Assembly: GCF_000315625.1 (NCBI RefSeq)
Contig: NW_005434672.1
Location: forward strand, 174,698 to 238,697
Source: Guillardia theta CCMP2712
Lineage: Eukaryota > Protista > Cryptophyta
Reading direction: 5' to 3'
DNA: 64,000 bases
Shown piece by piece: positions 35,690-52,286 of this stretch. The notes under the pieces are model-generated. The model did no database searches, was not told the DNA's origin, and saw only the letters and a program-made list of their open reading frames with translations. The position numbers were made by a program, and so were the translations under genes. Positions within the stretch are counted from its first letter, which is position 1; each line of letters opens with the position of its first letter.

Positions 35690-36180
35690 GTGAGGCCGCG
35701 CGCCGCCGCGCGGCCGCCCGCGCCCGCGTGAGCCGGTGACCGACCGTCACCGTGAAGGTATCCGTTAAGTTTGGGGGCCTGATTGTCCTCGTACTGATTT
35801 TTCACTTAACTTTGCGTAGTAAAGGTCACCGTGAGTGACCGACGGTACTACCGTCGGTAGTACTGCGGCCCGGCCCGCTGGCCGGCCACCGCACTGCCGC
35901 AGTGCGCCACGCGCCGCCAGGCCACGGGCCATAGACGGTTGAACCGTACTGTTACTACACACTGGTGACCGCCGGGCCGTACGGTGCCACCGTCGGGCCG
36001 AATACGCCCCGGTGACCTGTCGGACTACGCCCGAGCGGCAGCGACAGCAGCGGCCCGCTGATCTGATCCGATCCGGCGGATGCCATGATCGGCCGAGACC
36101 GACCGTCCGACGGCCCGGGTCAGCCACGGCCCCCCGGACTCGCCGCGGCCCGGGCCGCGGCCGGGCCCGGCCGGTAACTT
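35690..36180. repeat. GC-rich palindrome island containing a copy of a short dispersed AT-rich repeat (35752-35823)
   Basis: ACCGACGGTA-C-TACCGTCGGT 35838-35858; GCCGCGGCCCGGGCCGCGGC 36142-36161; repeat matches 46639-46664 and 46756-46812. Confidence 0.7.
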
Positions 36181-36233
36181 TGAGTACTGAAATAATAAAG
36201 CCTGGGTGCTGACTGTCCGCTTATACCAAGGGC

Positions 36234-37324
36234 ATGCACAACAAACTCCTTGTGCCCTTCGCCCTCCTCCTCGTCGCTCAGCCACGCACAAGCGTCTCCT
36301 GCACAGCCTTCCAGAGCCTCCAGTCAGCCCCGCCGGTAAGAGGACCAAGGAACCTCAGCGTCTGCATGGCTGAAGGAGCATCGAAGTCCTGGGAGTTCTC
36401 GAGGTTTGCGCGTACATGGCAGTTCTTCAATGGCAACCCGCTACGAAACTTCATCCCCTTCCTCCCTTCCTCTACCCCCAAGGTGAAACGCCCAGAAGCA
36501 GGCGTCACTGGACGTGAGATGCTCCTCTGGGACTTCAAGGACATGAACCAGGTGAGTGGGGGGGGTCATCGGGGGTGCGCTTCAGGAGGGAGGTCTGAAC
36601 GCAAACTGCTTCTAGGAAGGGCTGGAAAACATTTGGGCAGCTCTTGATGACGTTGTGATGGGCGGAGTTAGTCTGAGCAACATCAAACTCGCAGAGCATG
36701 GCGCTACCTTCTCTGGTGAGACCTCCTCCAGGAACTCTGGAGGGTTCTGTTCCGTCAGGTGAGCTGCTGCTCGGCAGTTGGCTTCGAGCTCACGCACGAT
36801 TGTCAAGGACGAGGAATGTTGACCCTCCCTTTAACCTGGAGGGGTACAAGAGCTTGAGGTCAACCTGACCTTGTCCTTGTGCCCATCTCATTGCTGGTGG
36901 CAGAATGCGAGCGAGATGCGACAAGGGCATGCGGTACAAGGTGATCCTCCGCGATAAGGAGGGATGGGACACGACTGCCTGGTGCTACTCGTTTGACACC
37001 AAGAGAGGGCAGGTAAGTGAAGAGAGCTTGCTCCAAGCTGCTTGCAGGCAGGAAGTGACAGCTGCCGCAGTGGATGGACGTCGAAGCCCCGCTGGACAAG
37101 TTCATCCCTGTTGTGCGCGGGAGAACGCTGAGAAGCCCCTCCAAGGGGATCGACCTGTCTAGGATCTACTCAGTGAGAGCATGCGGAGGGCTGAAAGTGG
37201 ATGACGGGTTGATGTGCAGGTTCAGGTCATGCTGAGCAAGTACGAGTACGACGGGGAGCTCAATCCTAACTTCGAGGAGGGACGTTTTTGCTTCCAGTTC
37301 GGGCCGATCAGAGCAGCCAAGTAG
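36234..37324 (+). CDS. CIA30 (NDUFAF1-like) family protein with bipartite plastid-type presequence, multi-exon
   Basis: LLWDFK...WAALDDVVMGGVS...FSGETSSRNSGGFCSVR...YKVILRD...MLSKYEYDGELNPNF. Signal peptide ending SCTA-F. Confidence 0.85.
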
Positions 37325-37427
37325 ATGAGATTGCTAGTCCGTTCGTTGAATTTGCATGGCAAATGATTGCAACTTGGAAAGTGACTGGTCGCCAAATTGA
37401 CATGTCTCTTCGGATTCCCCGTGGCGT

Positions 37428-42068
<4,641 letters not shown>

Positions 42069-42219
42069 CGTGAACCTGCAGAGTAACTATAAGAGACTCT
42101 TTCTTGTCGAATCCCCCCACGGCAACGTCACAGGCAGGAGATCCTGGCAAATAGGAAACGAACTAAGGCGACAAGTGCTGATGGGGTGAGCAAAACCACC
42201 GACAAGAGGAGATGGAGTG

Positions 42220-42330
42220 AAGAAGAAAACGAACAAGAGAAGATGAAGAGAAGAAATGAAGAGAAGAAGGCAACAAACAAGAGAAGATCAAGAGAAGAAG
42301 ACCACTAACAAGAAGAGATGAAGTGAAGAC
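42220..42330 (+). repeat. Degenerate GAAGA purine-rich repeats in probable 5'-UTR intron of transhydrogenase
   Basis: Read directly from the sequence; bounded by minus-strand GT (~42352) and CAG (~42076). Confidence 0.55.
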
Positions 42331-42476
42331 AGCATGTAGGGTGATCTCATACCTTGTAGCGTGTCGCTTGTCTCTTCTCCTGCTTCTTTCCTAGGTCAGG
42401 CCTTAGCAGTGCATGCGCCTTGCCTTGGGGCGTAACCCTGACCACGTATCATCATCCCCCTCGTACCCATAATTCT

Positions 42477-43150
42477 GTAGTACTACGGTACTCGGAGGCG
42501 GACTCAGTTTTCCGTCATCCCGGGGCGGCCCGGCCGGGCCAAGCACCACTGAGTAGTGACCTGGACTCGGGCCCGTTCCGACAGTGAGGACAGCTCGATC
42601 GTTACATAACCGTTATTCGGATGCTACCGTTGCCCTTCGATAGTGCAAAGAGCGCCGTCCCCCAGCGGCGATCGGACAGCGCCGGGAGCCTGGGCTCGCC
42701 GATCGGACCGGCGGCGGCGACAGCAGGGAGAAGCAGGGCAAGCTGATCGCAAGGATGGCGCCCCGCCATTCAGATGGCATCGCGGCACTGCGGCACTGCA
42801 TGATAGGTCACGCTGTCCGTGCCAACCCTGGACAGCCCGGCGCTCGGAGCCGCGCGGCGGCGCAGACTGATCATGCCACGGACGACGCCTCGATGATGAT
42901 GGGGATGCCGCAGTGCGACACTGTGACAGCAGCGGCGGCCGGGCGGCACTGAGACAAGGCTGCTGTAGTACGGTAGTACCAGGGATCATGGCACGCAGAG
43001 GCGATTACTTGGGGACGGTTCGCACCCTGATCTTCTCAGCCGGGAAGCCCGGCCGCCTTTTGCACTGATCACTCAGTGACTCTGAGCAGTGGGGACTAGG
43101 GAGGTTCAGTGCCAGGACTGACTCAGTCGGAGACCGTCGGACGCCGCCGT
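42477..43150. repeat. GC-rich palindrome island between divergent genes
   Basis: GTAGTACTAC, GGCCCGGCCGGGCC, GACTGACTCAGTC, CCGATCGG words; no credible ORF. Confidence 0.6.
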
Positions 43151-43594
43151 CGTACTCTGATGAGAGGAAGTCAGGCTGGCAGCTAGTATAGAGACTGATA
43201 GAAACTGTACAGCCCAGTGAGATGCGGCAGCCTGAGTTATGACTCTGAAAGACATGATTTAACTTGTGGGAAGATTATGAGATGCCTTCAGTAGAGTCAA
43301 ATAGAAAGAAGGACCAAAAATCCATGAATGCTAGACTAGATGGGCAGGAAGAGTAAGTGCTAGAGCCACAAGAGTGCATGTGTTCTTGTTGCTCTCCTCT
43401 TCATCCATTTTGTTACAAGCGACCTTAAACTTGACCACTCTTTATTGACAATTTCACTCCAGGACCGTGACGAGCAATCATCATACTTCCGGCAACTTCC
43501 GTGCAATCTCAAGGAGCCATAGTTAAGGTTGATTGTGACCCAGAGTCTCTCTTGCTGGTCCTCAGATCTCGACACGCAAGAATTTTTAGCTGAA

Positions 43595-44548
43595 ATGGAG
43601 GGCAGCAGTGTTGAGGACATCAACACCATGGAAGCAAGTGTTGTGGCGGCAGGCAGCGGGAAGGAAGGTGCTGAAGTCTACGATGTGATGCAAAGGAAGG
43701 AGGGTAGCCTCCTTAGAAGGGGCCGTGCGTCCTGTTGCTGGGGCTCTCAGTGGTTGGAGACATTCGTTGTCATATCGCAAGAGAGGCAGAGGGTGAAGAA
43801 GGACGGGAAGGATTTTCTCGTGAGGAAATGCCTGCTGAGGTGCTACCATGAACAATCGGATGAGGAACCCTACGAGTTGATTGATATCACATTCTCTCGA
43901 ACTCGAATTTGCCCGGGCAAGACGTCTGGACAGGAGTTTTGCTTTGAGTTGAAGCTTAGCAAACATACGTTGATGATGAGCGCCGAGTCTTCGGAGGAGC
44001 TCACGGCTTGGACTGAGAGTATCCAGACAATGACAGAAAATAGTCGATCCCGCCCTGCAGTACGCCCAGCAGCAAAGAAGGCTAACTTACAAAAGTCGTG
44101 CAAGGTGTGTCAATCTGTCAATATTCACTCTGTTTGTTCACTACACTGCATACAGGACCTAGAATCTGATTCACAAAACACTTCCCCTCAGAAACAGAGC
44201 CCGTCTTGTTCGTCTCCAACAAGCTCATCGGAGAAGGTTGAATGCACGCGATTGAAACTTCCAATAATCTTATTTCAGTGCTCGCACGACGAGGATGCTA
44301 CGAGACAGGACGAGTCCATTGCTGTTCCAAACGCAGGAGAAACCATCATTTCACTCAGTGTGGCTCCAGAGAGTGTGCAGATCTCAACTGAGACCGAAGA
44401 TGAGACTTTGTTTGCAAGGCCAGTACCTTCCGAGGGCAAGCCAGGAAGTCAATCCAGTCACGACAGGCATTCAAAAAGGGAAGGTGGAGAAAGACAGATT
44501 GAGAGCCTTGACCAAGTTGAGTCATCAGAGGTGAAGTACATGGCCTGA
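43595..44548 (+). CDS. PH-domain protein with low-complexity C-terminus
   Basis: RKEGSLLRRG...WLETFVVIS...LLRCY...FCFELK...TLMMSAESSEELTAWTESIQ is a typical PH pattern. Confidence 0.75.
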   Translation: MEGSSVEDINTMEASVVAAGSGKEGAEVYDVMQRKEGSLLRRGRASCCWGSQWLETFVVISQERQRVKKDGKDFLVRKCLLRCYHEQSDEEPYELIDITFSRTRICPGKTSGQEFCFELKLSKHTLMMSAESSEELTAWTESIQTMTENSRSRPAVRPAAKKANLQKSCKVCQSVNIHSVCSLHCIQDLESDSQNTSPQKQSPSCSSPTSSSEKVECTRLKLPIILFQCSHDEDATRQDESIAVPNAGETIISLSVAPESVQISTETEDETLFARPVPSEGKPGSQSSHDRHSKREGGERQIESLDQVESSEVKYMA

Positions 44549-44841
44549 CTTTCTACAAAGACATCAACGAGGAACATTACTTGTGATTGCTGTATGAAAA
44601 GCTTGTAACATTTTTCTGTTGAAATTCGTGCGAAAGTGGGATGCGAATAAGGATTGCTTTGAGCGTGTCAAGAAGTTCAAAGCTGAGCCATCTCTCTGCC
44701 GCGAGGTTCCCATGATTCACATCAGTCCGATTCTCAGTTTATTGTGATCGCACGCTATAGAGCATTCGCATGAACATTGAAATACATCTGGATGAAGAAA
44801 TCTCCCAGAGCCGGCAGAGAATCTCTCAGACGCCCTCACAG

Positions 44842-46286
44842 CTACTTGGGATTCTCTTGCAGCTCCTTGATGAGGTAAAGTTTGTTGAAGCTCAATCCTG
44901 AGAAGTTTGCGACGGAGTTGCAGTAACTCGACACCTGCCAACAGTGAGAAGGAGAAGTCCCAAAAGCACATCCCTCTACCTGGTTGGCGATGAGCAGCCC
45001 CTCGAGGCGAGAGGGATCCGGGAACAACTTCATCAGCTCGTCCTACGAACGTCCGTCAGCTATACAGAATTATCGATTCATCCATCACCTTGGAGGGCTC
45101 TTCGCGCGCGTTTCTGCGATAATCTTTCCTCTTGCGCTCCGCATCTCTCTTGCGGTACTCGCTTCGCTCCTGGTCTTGACGGAGGTTCTCGATGCCATCC
45201 AGCTGCCCAGCTAGTCAGACCGCAGCTCGCACAAAGCAAGAAAAGGGTCAACCATGAGCTCCATGCTCTTTTCCAGGAATGGACGAGTAGACAGATCGAG
45301 CCTCTCAAAGTCGCAATGCCTGTTCCAAGGTAAGACATGACAGGCAGGGACAAAGAATTCGGACAAGCTCAAGGGAAGCACATCAGTGACAACACAGCTA
45401 CATGGCTAGAAAACGCATCATAGTTGGCATGCAAACTCATAGAATTGTCTCTTAGATGTCATGGAAACACAAGGAAGACACGCCAGAGATAGGGAACAAG
45501 GACATAATAACAAAGGAAAGGGGAACATGAAGCTCACATCTTAGCGCCCATGGTGCCCTCACATGCCCAGTCATAAAGCATGGCATTAACAAGGGTGCTG
45601 TTGTGGATACGAATCGGAACTTCTTCGAAGATGTCTTCAATTGTTACGCCCTCATCCAGGCACTTGCCGCTGTAATCGAACTTTGGTCGGATGTCCTGTT
45701 CGGTGAACCCATGTTCGTTGCTTTCAAGGTGCTGCTTGTACTTTGCCATGAAGCGGTCAGTAAGCCTGTACGCCTTGAGATGAACGCTTCCAGTGCTTGT
45801 TCTCACAGGGTCGTAAACGAGACACACAGATTTGGGAACGGTATCCTGGAACTGGAACTGCGTTGCGACGGTGGGGCGTTCAGGGTCGAGCCATGAGTTC
45901 ATGTAAGAGGACTGGTACCAGCCTACAGTATTGTTGTCAACATTCACCTCGCGCATGCATCTGAGCATCTCTGTAGCATAACTTTCCATCTCTTCACCCG
46001 ACTGATCCTCTTCGCTCGAGTGCGGCATCGGGAAGCATGACGTCACCTCAAGGGTGGTGGTTCCTTCCAACGTGATGTCCATCCCGAGTAGCTGACCTGA
46101 GATCATAACGCTGGGGTTTCCTTCGTCCCTGCAGTGCTTGATGATCTTAAGGACGACAAGGCCATCGATCTGCACGCAGTCGAGTCGCGTCCCCGCCGTA
46201 GCCACCCCATACATAGGCTCCGTCATCCCACGCGCGCCGAAGGATGCCGTACCCCTAGTGAGACTAATGGACGTGGTAGGGGTCAT
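44842..46286 (-). CDS. EIF3H: Translation initiation factor eIF3 subunit H (MPN domain), multi-exon
   Basis: VQIDGLVVLKIIKHC, GQLLGMD, LEVTSCFPMP, MLRCMREVNVDNNTVGWYQS, HLKAYRLT, IFEEVPIRIHNS, PSRLEGLLIANQV. True start may be a downstream Met. Confidence 0.93.
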
Positions 46287-46638
46287 TCAAGTTTTAGACA
46301 ATAGTCATAGGGTGATAGGTATACTCTTTTTAATTATGAATTCATATAGTATACTTGGATGCATGCAAGCACCACAATCGATCAATAGGAATATGCTAGA
46401 ATCGTACCGGTGACAAGCACACTAGGGAATCATGCAGGGTGGGTACTAGGGTACCAACTCTATATAGGGAGAAACTTCAGCAGAATTAGCAGGGGTGGTA
46501 GGTTCTATTACTACTTAACTAATAAATTGGATTTTACGATGATAGAGATTATTTACTCAATAGGGCTCGTGCATTAATTGAATAATTGAGTCAATTAGGT
46601 AGAACGGTTGACACATTGAATGATTTTTGCGCAGTTAA

Positions 46639-46856
46639 GTGAAGGTATCAGTTAAGTTTGGGGGACAGCAGTCGGCAGGATTAGGTTTGGTTCTCGCTGT
46701 CTTTTCTCTTCTCGCCGTTTGGCCTGTGCGACTCAGTGTCACGCCAGGGTTTTGGTTTACTCAAAGTTACTGAGTTAAAAATCTTCAGTACGGTAGTACG
46801 AGGACAATCAGGAGAGTCGAGGAGGCTTGACCCTGCACAGTTTTAACTTAACTTTG
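46639..46856. repeat. Rearranged copy of short dispersed repeat family
   Basis: GTGAAGGTATCAGTTAAGTTTGGGGG (direct) and reverse-complement CCTGATTGTCCTCGTACT...TAACTTTGAGTAAA match 35752-35823. Confidence 0.7.
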
Positions 46857-47575
46857 GCTGATTCTGAGTCATTGGAATTGCTAAGGTCCTCTCAGTCATG
46901 TCTGTATCATGCCTTGGATTTCACTGGCCGCGGGCCGCTCATCCTTGCACTGCGCATACCGTACAGCCTAACGACGGCCTATCTCTCATGTGCTCCCGGG
47001 CTCAATTCTGGTTTTGTGTGCATTAAGCAAAACTCCGAGTCAGGCTCGGCGAGCCGGGCTCCTGCGGCCCGCTGGGTCACTGAGACCTCTTGCCAAACCT
47101 CGTAGGCGACCAGGCCGATGTGGTAAAGCGCGAAGGTGGTGCACCTTACAGAGTACAGTGTGACTCTCCAACTTTACTACGAATAATGTACTTCAAACGT
47201 TGTGATTACAGGAGATACATGTGATCATCACGAGGACCGTCGGAGGATACAGAGGTCACAGTGGGTCTAACGAGGGCTATAGAAGCTTCTATTATGCCAT
47301 GAGATCAGGATACCTCTGTCAGCATGGTCATCGGTCAAGATTACTACACCGGAACCGCTCACATTTTCAGACTATCACGCGGCTGGCTGACAGTGTTACA
47401 GTACTTTACCACAGGGGTCATGAGTCGTTGACCCCTTCATCTACGGTCAGCCCCCCGCTTCACGGAAATCTCATCCTTCCTATCCCCGACAGCCTCTCGC
47501 CATCTGCTCCTCTTGCTTCATCCCTTTCCATCTGCATTGAAAGCTTCGCTCACCACCTATTGCAACATCCCAAGA

Positions 47576-48330
47576 ATGTCTTCTGAAGTTGTCACCGTAC
47601 GAGGACGAACTAAGAATGTTGTCCGCAATGCAAATCGGCGTGTAAACCTGGATTTGCCGATGCTCGAAAGACTGTTTGAGCACCGACAGGAAGATGCAGC
47701 TGCAATGTTGGTGAGCTTGAAAAATCATTTGATGTGTACACGCGCTTACATTCCCTGCAGGGTATCTCCATGACGAGCTTAAAGATAGCTTGCCGCAGAC
47801 TTGGAGTCCAGCGCTGGCCGTACTCGCGATCCCGCAATGTTGAGCAGCGAGAAGAAGGCTCGAGCTCACATGAGCCTTCCGACGTGCATGCCAGCGGGTC
47901 CACAGACAGTCTGTTAGCAGCTGGCATGGACAATAGCTTCAGCACGGAAGATGTTCAGCTTTCTGTGGAGGTCCCCCTCCTCTCTCCTACAGAAGCAGAC
48001 GAGAGCACCGAGCAGCAGGCCTGCAGTAGCGACGAGCCGAGCATCGACCACACGTGGGTAGCGTGGTTTCTGAGGTGCGATGACTTCAGCCCTGTTTTCA
48101 AAGAAGAGGAGGTGGTTTGCCTCGAGGATGAGGCAAGACGGAGAGGTGCTAGTCAGAGACGGCAATCGTATCCTTTCTGCCATCAGCCGCATGCTGGGAT
48201 CGCTGAAATCCCAACGTCCTCCGCGTTTGACTTTTATTCGGCCTCTTCCTCATCTTCCTACCCTGGATCGCTGCCAAACACTGATGTTGCTCAACCTTGC
48301 TTTCACAGGAGCTTCTCCTGCCTCCCATAA
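47576..48330 (+). CDS. RWP-RK transcription factor, intron-containing subfamily, copy B2 (intron 47711-47760)
   Basis: Spliced ...LDLPMLERLFEHRQEDAAAML|GISMTSLKIACRRLGVQRWPY; same intron position as B1. Confidence 0.88.
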
Positions 48331-48544
48331 TCCCCTTCGTGCTCTTTGATCATAATAGACTGTGAATAAACGTGACTGATGGACAAACTACATTGCCATA
48401 TGAAAACTTTCATTCTTGATAACAGAGTGAGGGAAAGGTTAAGAGCGACCAAAAGAAAGTAGAAAAGGAGCCTGAAGTGAGCGGCAAGACAAAGAGAACG
48501 GAGGGGGAGACGGAAAGAGAAGAAAACAGCCACGTGGGCATTTG

Positions 48545-51500
48545 CTAGAGGCCGTTGGCAGCGATGAAGAACGCAAGCTCATCTTCAGTGAGTGACTCAG
48601 AAACCATCTGTCGAAGCCGCTGCGAGCAAAAAACTGAGGAAGGCGACGGGATAGGATCGCAAGTCACCTGCACTGACACGGAAGATTCGTTTCCCTTGAG
48701 CTGGTGAATTTCGGGTGGGATTTCCGAGTTGTTGACGTCACCGAGCACCTGGATGGAATTCCATCATCAGAGTATGTACCAAAGAGAAACGTGATGAGAA
48801 GAGATGGGGAGAGGTGGGGGAGGGGGGGCGAGAGAAGGGTGGGAAGTGAAGTGGGGAAAGAGGAGAGAAGAGGAGAGGAGAGGGGAGGAGAGGAGGAGAG
48901 AGGAGGAGAGAGGAGGAGAGGAGGGGCAGGGGAACAAGACTAGTCTGGAATAGAGGAGAGGGGAAAGGAGGACTGAGGGCAGTCGCTGGTTGGCAGGGAA
49001 TGAGTGAATTGCAATGAGGGGATGTTCACCTCCATGGCAACATCCGCCATAGCGTAAAAGAGGCAGTCGCCGTCACCACTGCGAGCACCGTTAGGAGGAG
49101 GCAGCGATTTAGAATATCGTACGGTGTATTGGAGATCGTGAACTCTGGGTTGTCCCCATTCCTTGAGCAGACGATCCTCTCGACAAAACTTGTTCCCGCC
49201 TGCCAGCACATGAGCACAGCGCAAGGAGGCAGAAGGTGCTGGGTGCATGAGAGAAAGGCGGTATGGAGAAGGGGGGAAGCTGAGAGGGAGAAAAGATGTA
49301 GAAGCAGGACAATGCAGAATAGGTGGAACTTGAGGAGTTTGCATACCGGAAACCCATCGATGACCCAACTCTCAAAAGCTGTACCATTGTTGCACTGAAA
49401 CGAACCAAGAGGTGAGAAAAGGGAGAATGCAGAGACGAGGACGAGGGGGAAAAGAAGGAGAGGTTGGAGAGAAGAAGATGAAGAGGATTCGAGGATCAAG
49501 AATGGTAAGAGAGGCAGAGGATCGTGGATGACCTGCCGCTCGATGGAGTTGGCCGACTTGACTTGTCTCAGGGTGTGGGTGTTTCGGATGACTGGAGTGC
49601 GGAGAGTTGGGAGAACATCCTGCACTCACGATGAGAAAGAGGACGAGGACAGGCCGACAAGAGCACGTGTTCAATCGATGCGGAGAAGAACAGCTTCGCT
49701 GACTCTTCAAGATTGCTGTCCCACCTAAGGGTACAAGTCAGGGATCGACCCTCGAGTTGAGATTCCTCCAACCCTTGAGGGCAGTCTTCCTTAAGCCGGT
49801 GGATCATGCCGCTGTTGAGGTATAGGTGGCCGTCTGACGCCTATCGGAATCATGAGATCATCAAAAATTAGGCTGCCAGCAAACGGAGGGTGGGGAAGGG
49901 TGGGGGGGGGGTTNNNNNNNNNNNNNNNNNNNNNNNNNNNNNNNNNNNNNNNNNNNNNNNNNNNNNNNNNNNNNNNNNNNNNNNNNNNNNNNNNNNNNNN
50001 NNNNNNNNNNNNNTGTAATGCCTCTCTTCCACATTCCTGCAGTCTTTCTTCTGCTTGAAGCACAACACAAACGACAATCTTGAATCTGTCCGCAAACACT
50101 CGCAAAGCAATCTCGTCCCCCCAGTATGACTTGCGATCCATCACAAAAGCTCGGAGGTCATCCAGTTGCGGGGATCCTAGTGAAAACGATATCAGACACC
50201 TCGCACCTCTCTTCCAACCCCCGCCCCCCCCCCCCCCCCAAAATTCTTATCCCGCTCCTCCTCTTCTCCTCCTCGAACCTTTCTTTCTCTGCTTACGGGA
50301 CCCTTCCCCCAAAAAAAACCCGTTGTTATCACAGGAGCTATGCCAATCCCTGGTCCTTTTCCTTGGGGTCTTCTCCTCGCACTTGTTCTCGTCGTGGTCC
50401 GACGCGTTCCGACTCTGAGATGTCGTCTCCTCCTCCTCCTTCTCCTCATCGTCATCCTCGTCGTCCTCCTCCTGCCGTTTGGCCTTCCGATGAGGAGAAA
50501 GAAACTCAATGGATCGAGACGGAGCCACGTCTTTGTACGCCGAGCCCTTGTCCCCGAAGCGCGAGCGAAGGTAGGAAGGGATAACTGCCTTGGCCTTGCT
50601 GCTTGTGGCGCTCTTTCCTGCTCCCTGAGCGTCAAACAACAGCTTCGCTATTGGACAAACCTCCTCATACCCATCTCAGAGGCCTCGTCTTTCCCATCGC
50701 TGTGCCGCAACTTCAACAAGATGTCAACCTGTAGGTTCCAACGACATCATCGACAGAAGCCTACCTGGTATTTCTTGCTTCCTCCGTTCTCGCTCACCCT
50801 CCTTCCATCAACCGTCAGCATAGCTCGAGCAGAAACAAGACACGCTCGCACTGTTTCCGCCTGCGATCGACTTTCCAGACAAGATTCTCGAGGATCAAAG
50901 TCTGATCCTCCTCCTTCATCTTCTTCTCCTCCTGCTCCAGCCGTCAACGAGCACCCCCGCCAGACCCAACGAGACGCACGAGGTATCTTCTTGCCTCTTC
51001 CTCCGTGCTCAGTCTGATACCATCATTCGTTGTGTAGATCATGTTCCCCTCCTCGCCTTCTCTATGCTTCCAACCCAGCGGCAGACTGTCATCGATGTCA
51101 GTGTGGGGAACATTTCGCATGAAGCTACTTGTCCAACGTCAGATCATCCGACGAGACTCCGTTGCTCTTCCGAGTCCTCATCTTTCTGCCAAGAAACTCG
51201 CGTCATGTTTCAGAGCTTGCAACCTGTCCTCGCTCACCAGGTCACCAGGTTACAAGGAGTATCACAGCATTCAAATCTTGATCTCAGACTTGACGCCTGT
51301 CCCCAGCAACAATCTGAGGAATCGAGATTAGAACGTTCCATTGATATTCGTTTCATTCCACGTGGCCTGCCAATGATAGCAAAAGGTACATCTCATCTCC
51401 CCTTCTCCCCTTGCCTCAACAAGCACATTGTTACAACCCTTGTTCCATGAAATGATCCTCCACCCAAACAACGCATCATATTCTCCTCGAAAGGATCTAC

Positions 51501-51660
51501 TGCCTACAGCATGTTCTTTTATTTCCATGGAATCATGCCCCCGCATGTTTCAAGAACCCCCCTCCCTCCCTGCATCATGCCGTACAACCCCTTCATCCTG
51601 TTGGTAGAGGACAGGTTTTCAATTCAATCACACTCTTTTTTCATGAGCCTCCCCGAATCT
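48545..51660 (-). CDS. Multi-exon OTU-like cysteine protease (deubiquitinase) gene spanning an assembly gap; motifs in permuted order
   Basis: FTISNTP|GDGDCLFYAMAD (~49030-49140), RLRQMVSESL (~48590-48620), SYWGDEIALRVFADRFKIVVCV (~50060-50130). 5' end uncertain. Confidence 0.55.
49914..50013. other. Assembly gap (100 N)
   Basis: Run of N. Confidence 0.98.
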
Positions 51661-52286
51661 CTCCATCTTCTCCATCGCTTCTCTTCTCCTCTTCCTCTTC
51701 CTCTCCCCTCTCCCACAACCCCCCCCCCCCCACTTCCCCCTGCTCCCTCCCTGCCATTTCCTCCTGTCTTCGCCCCCTCCACGTCTGCATCGCATGTAAT
51801 TACCATACGGGTAAGCAATTTAGCACATATCACACCCCGTATAGTCGGTGAACAGCCCACCCTCCTCATTCCCAAGTCTTGTTAGGGAATATAACCCCTA
51901 CTTGATGAAGAGATTCGCCCAATGACCTACCCTAAACGACACCCCTGCTCCTCCCTGCGTGCGTATCTTAATTTTACTATCTGAACTATAACCCTACCCA
52001 CATGGGAATGACTTCGAGAGTACCCCCGTGTTTTCCCAATTTCATGACCCCACCAAGACCATTTACCACCCTCCCTGTATCCACCCCTTCCTACTGTGTT
52101 GCCGTTCAAGATCAGGTGGGGTGGTACCACCTGCATCCATGTACAATAAGACGAGTACCGGTGGTTTTCTGGTTAAAATGGGTGGTGGTAAGACATGTGC
52201 ATTCTGTTCGCCACGGTAGGGCATGTGTGGGGGTTATTTAGTGCTAGGTAGGTAGGGTAGGGTGAGGTCGAGATAGGGCGGATCTA

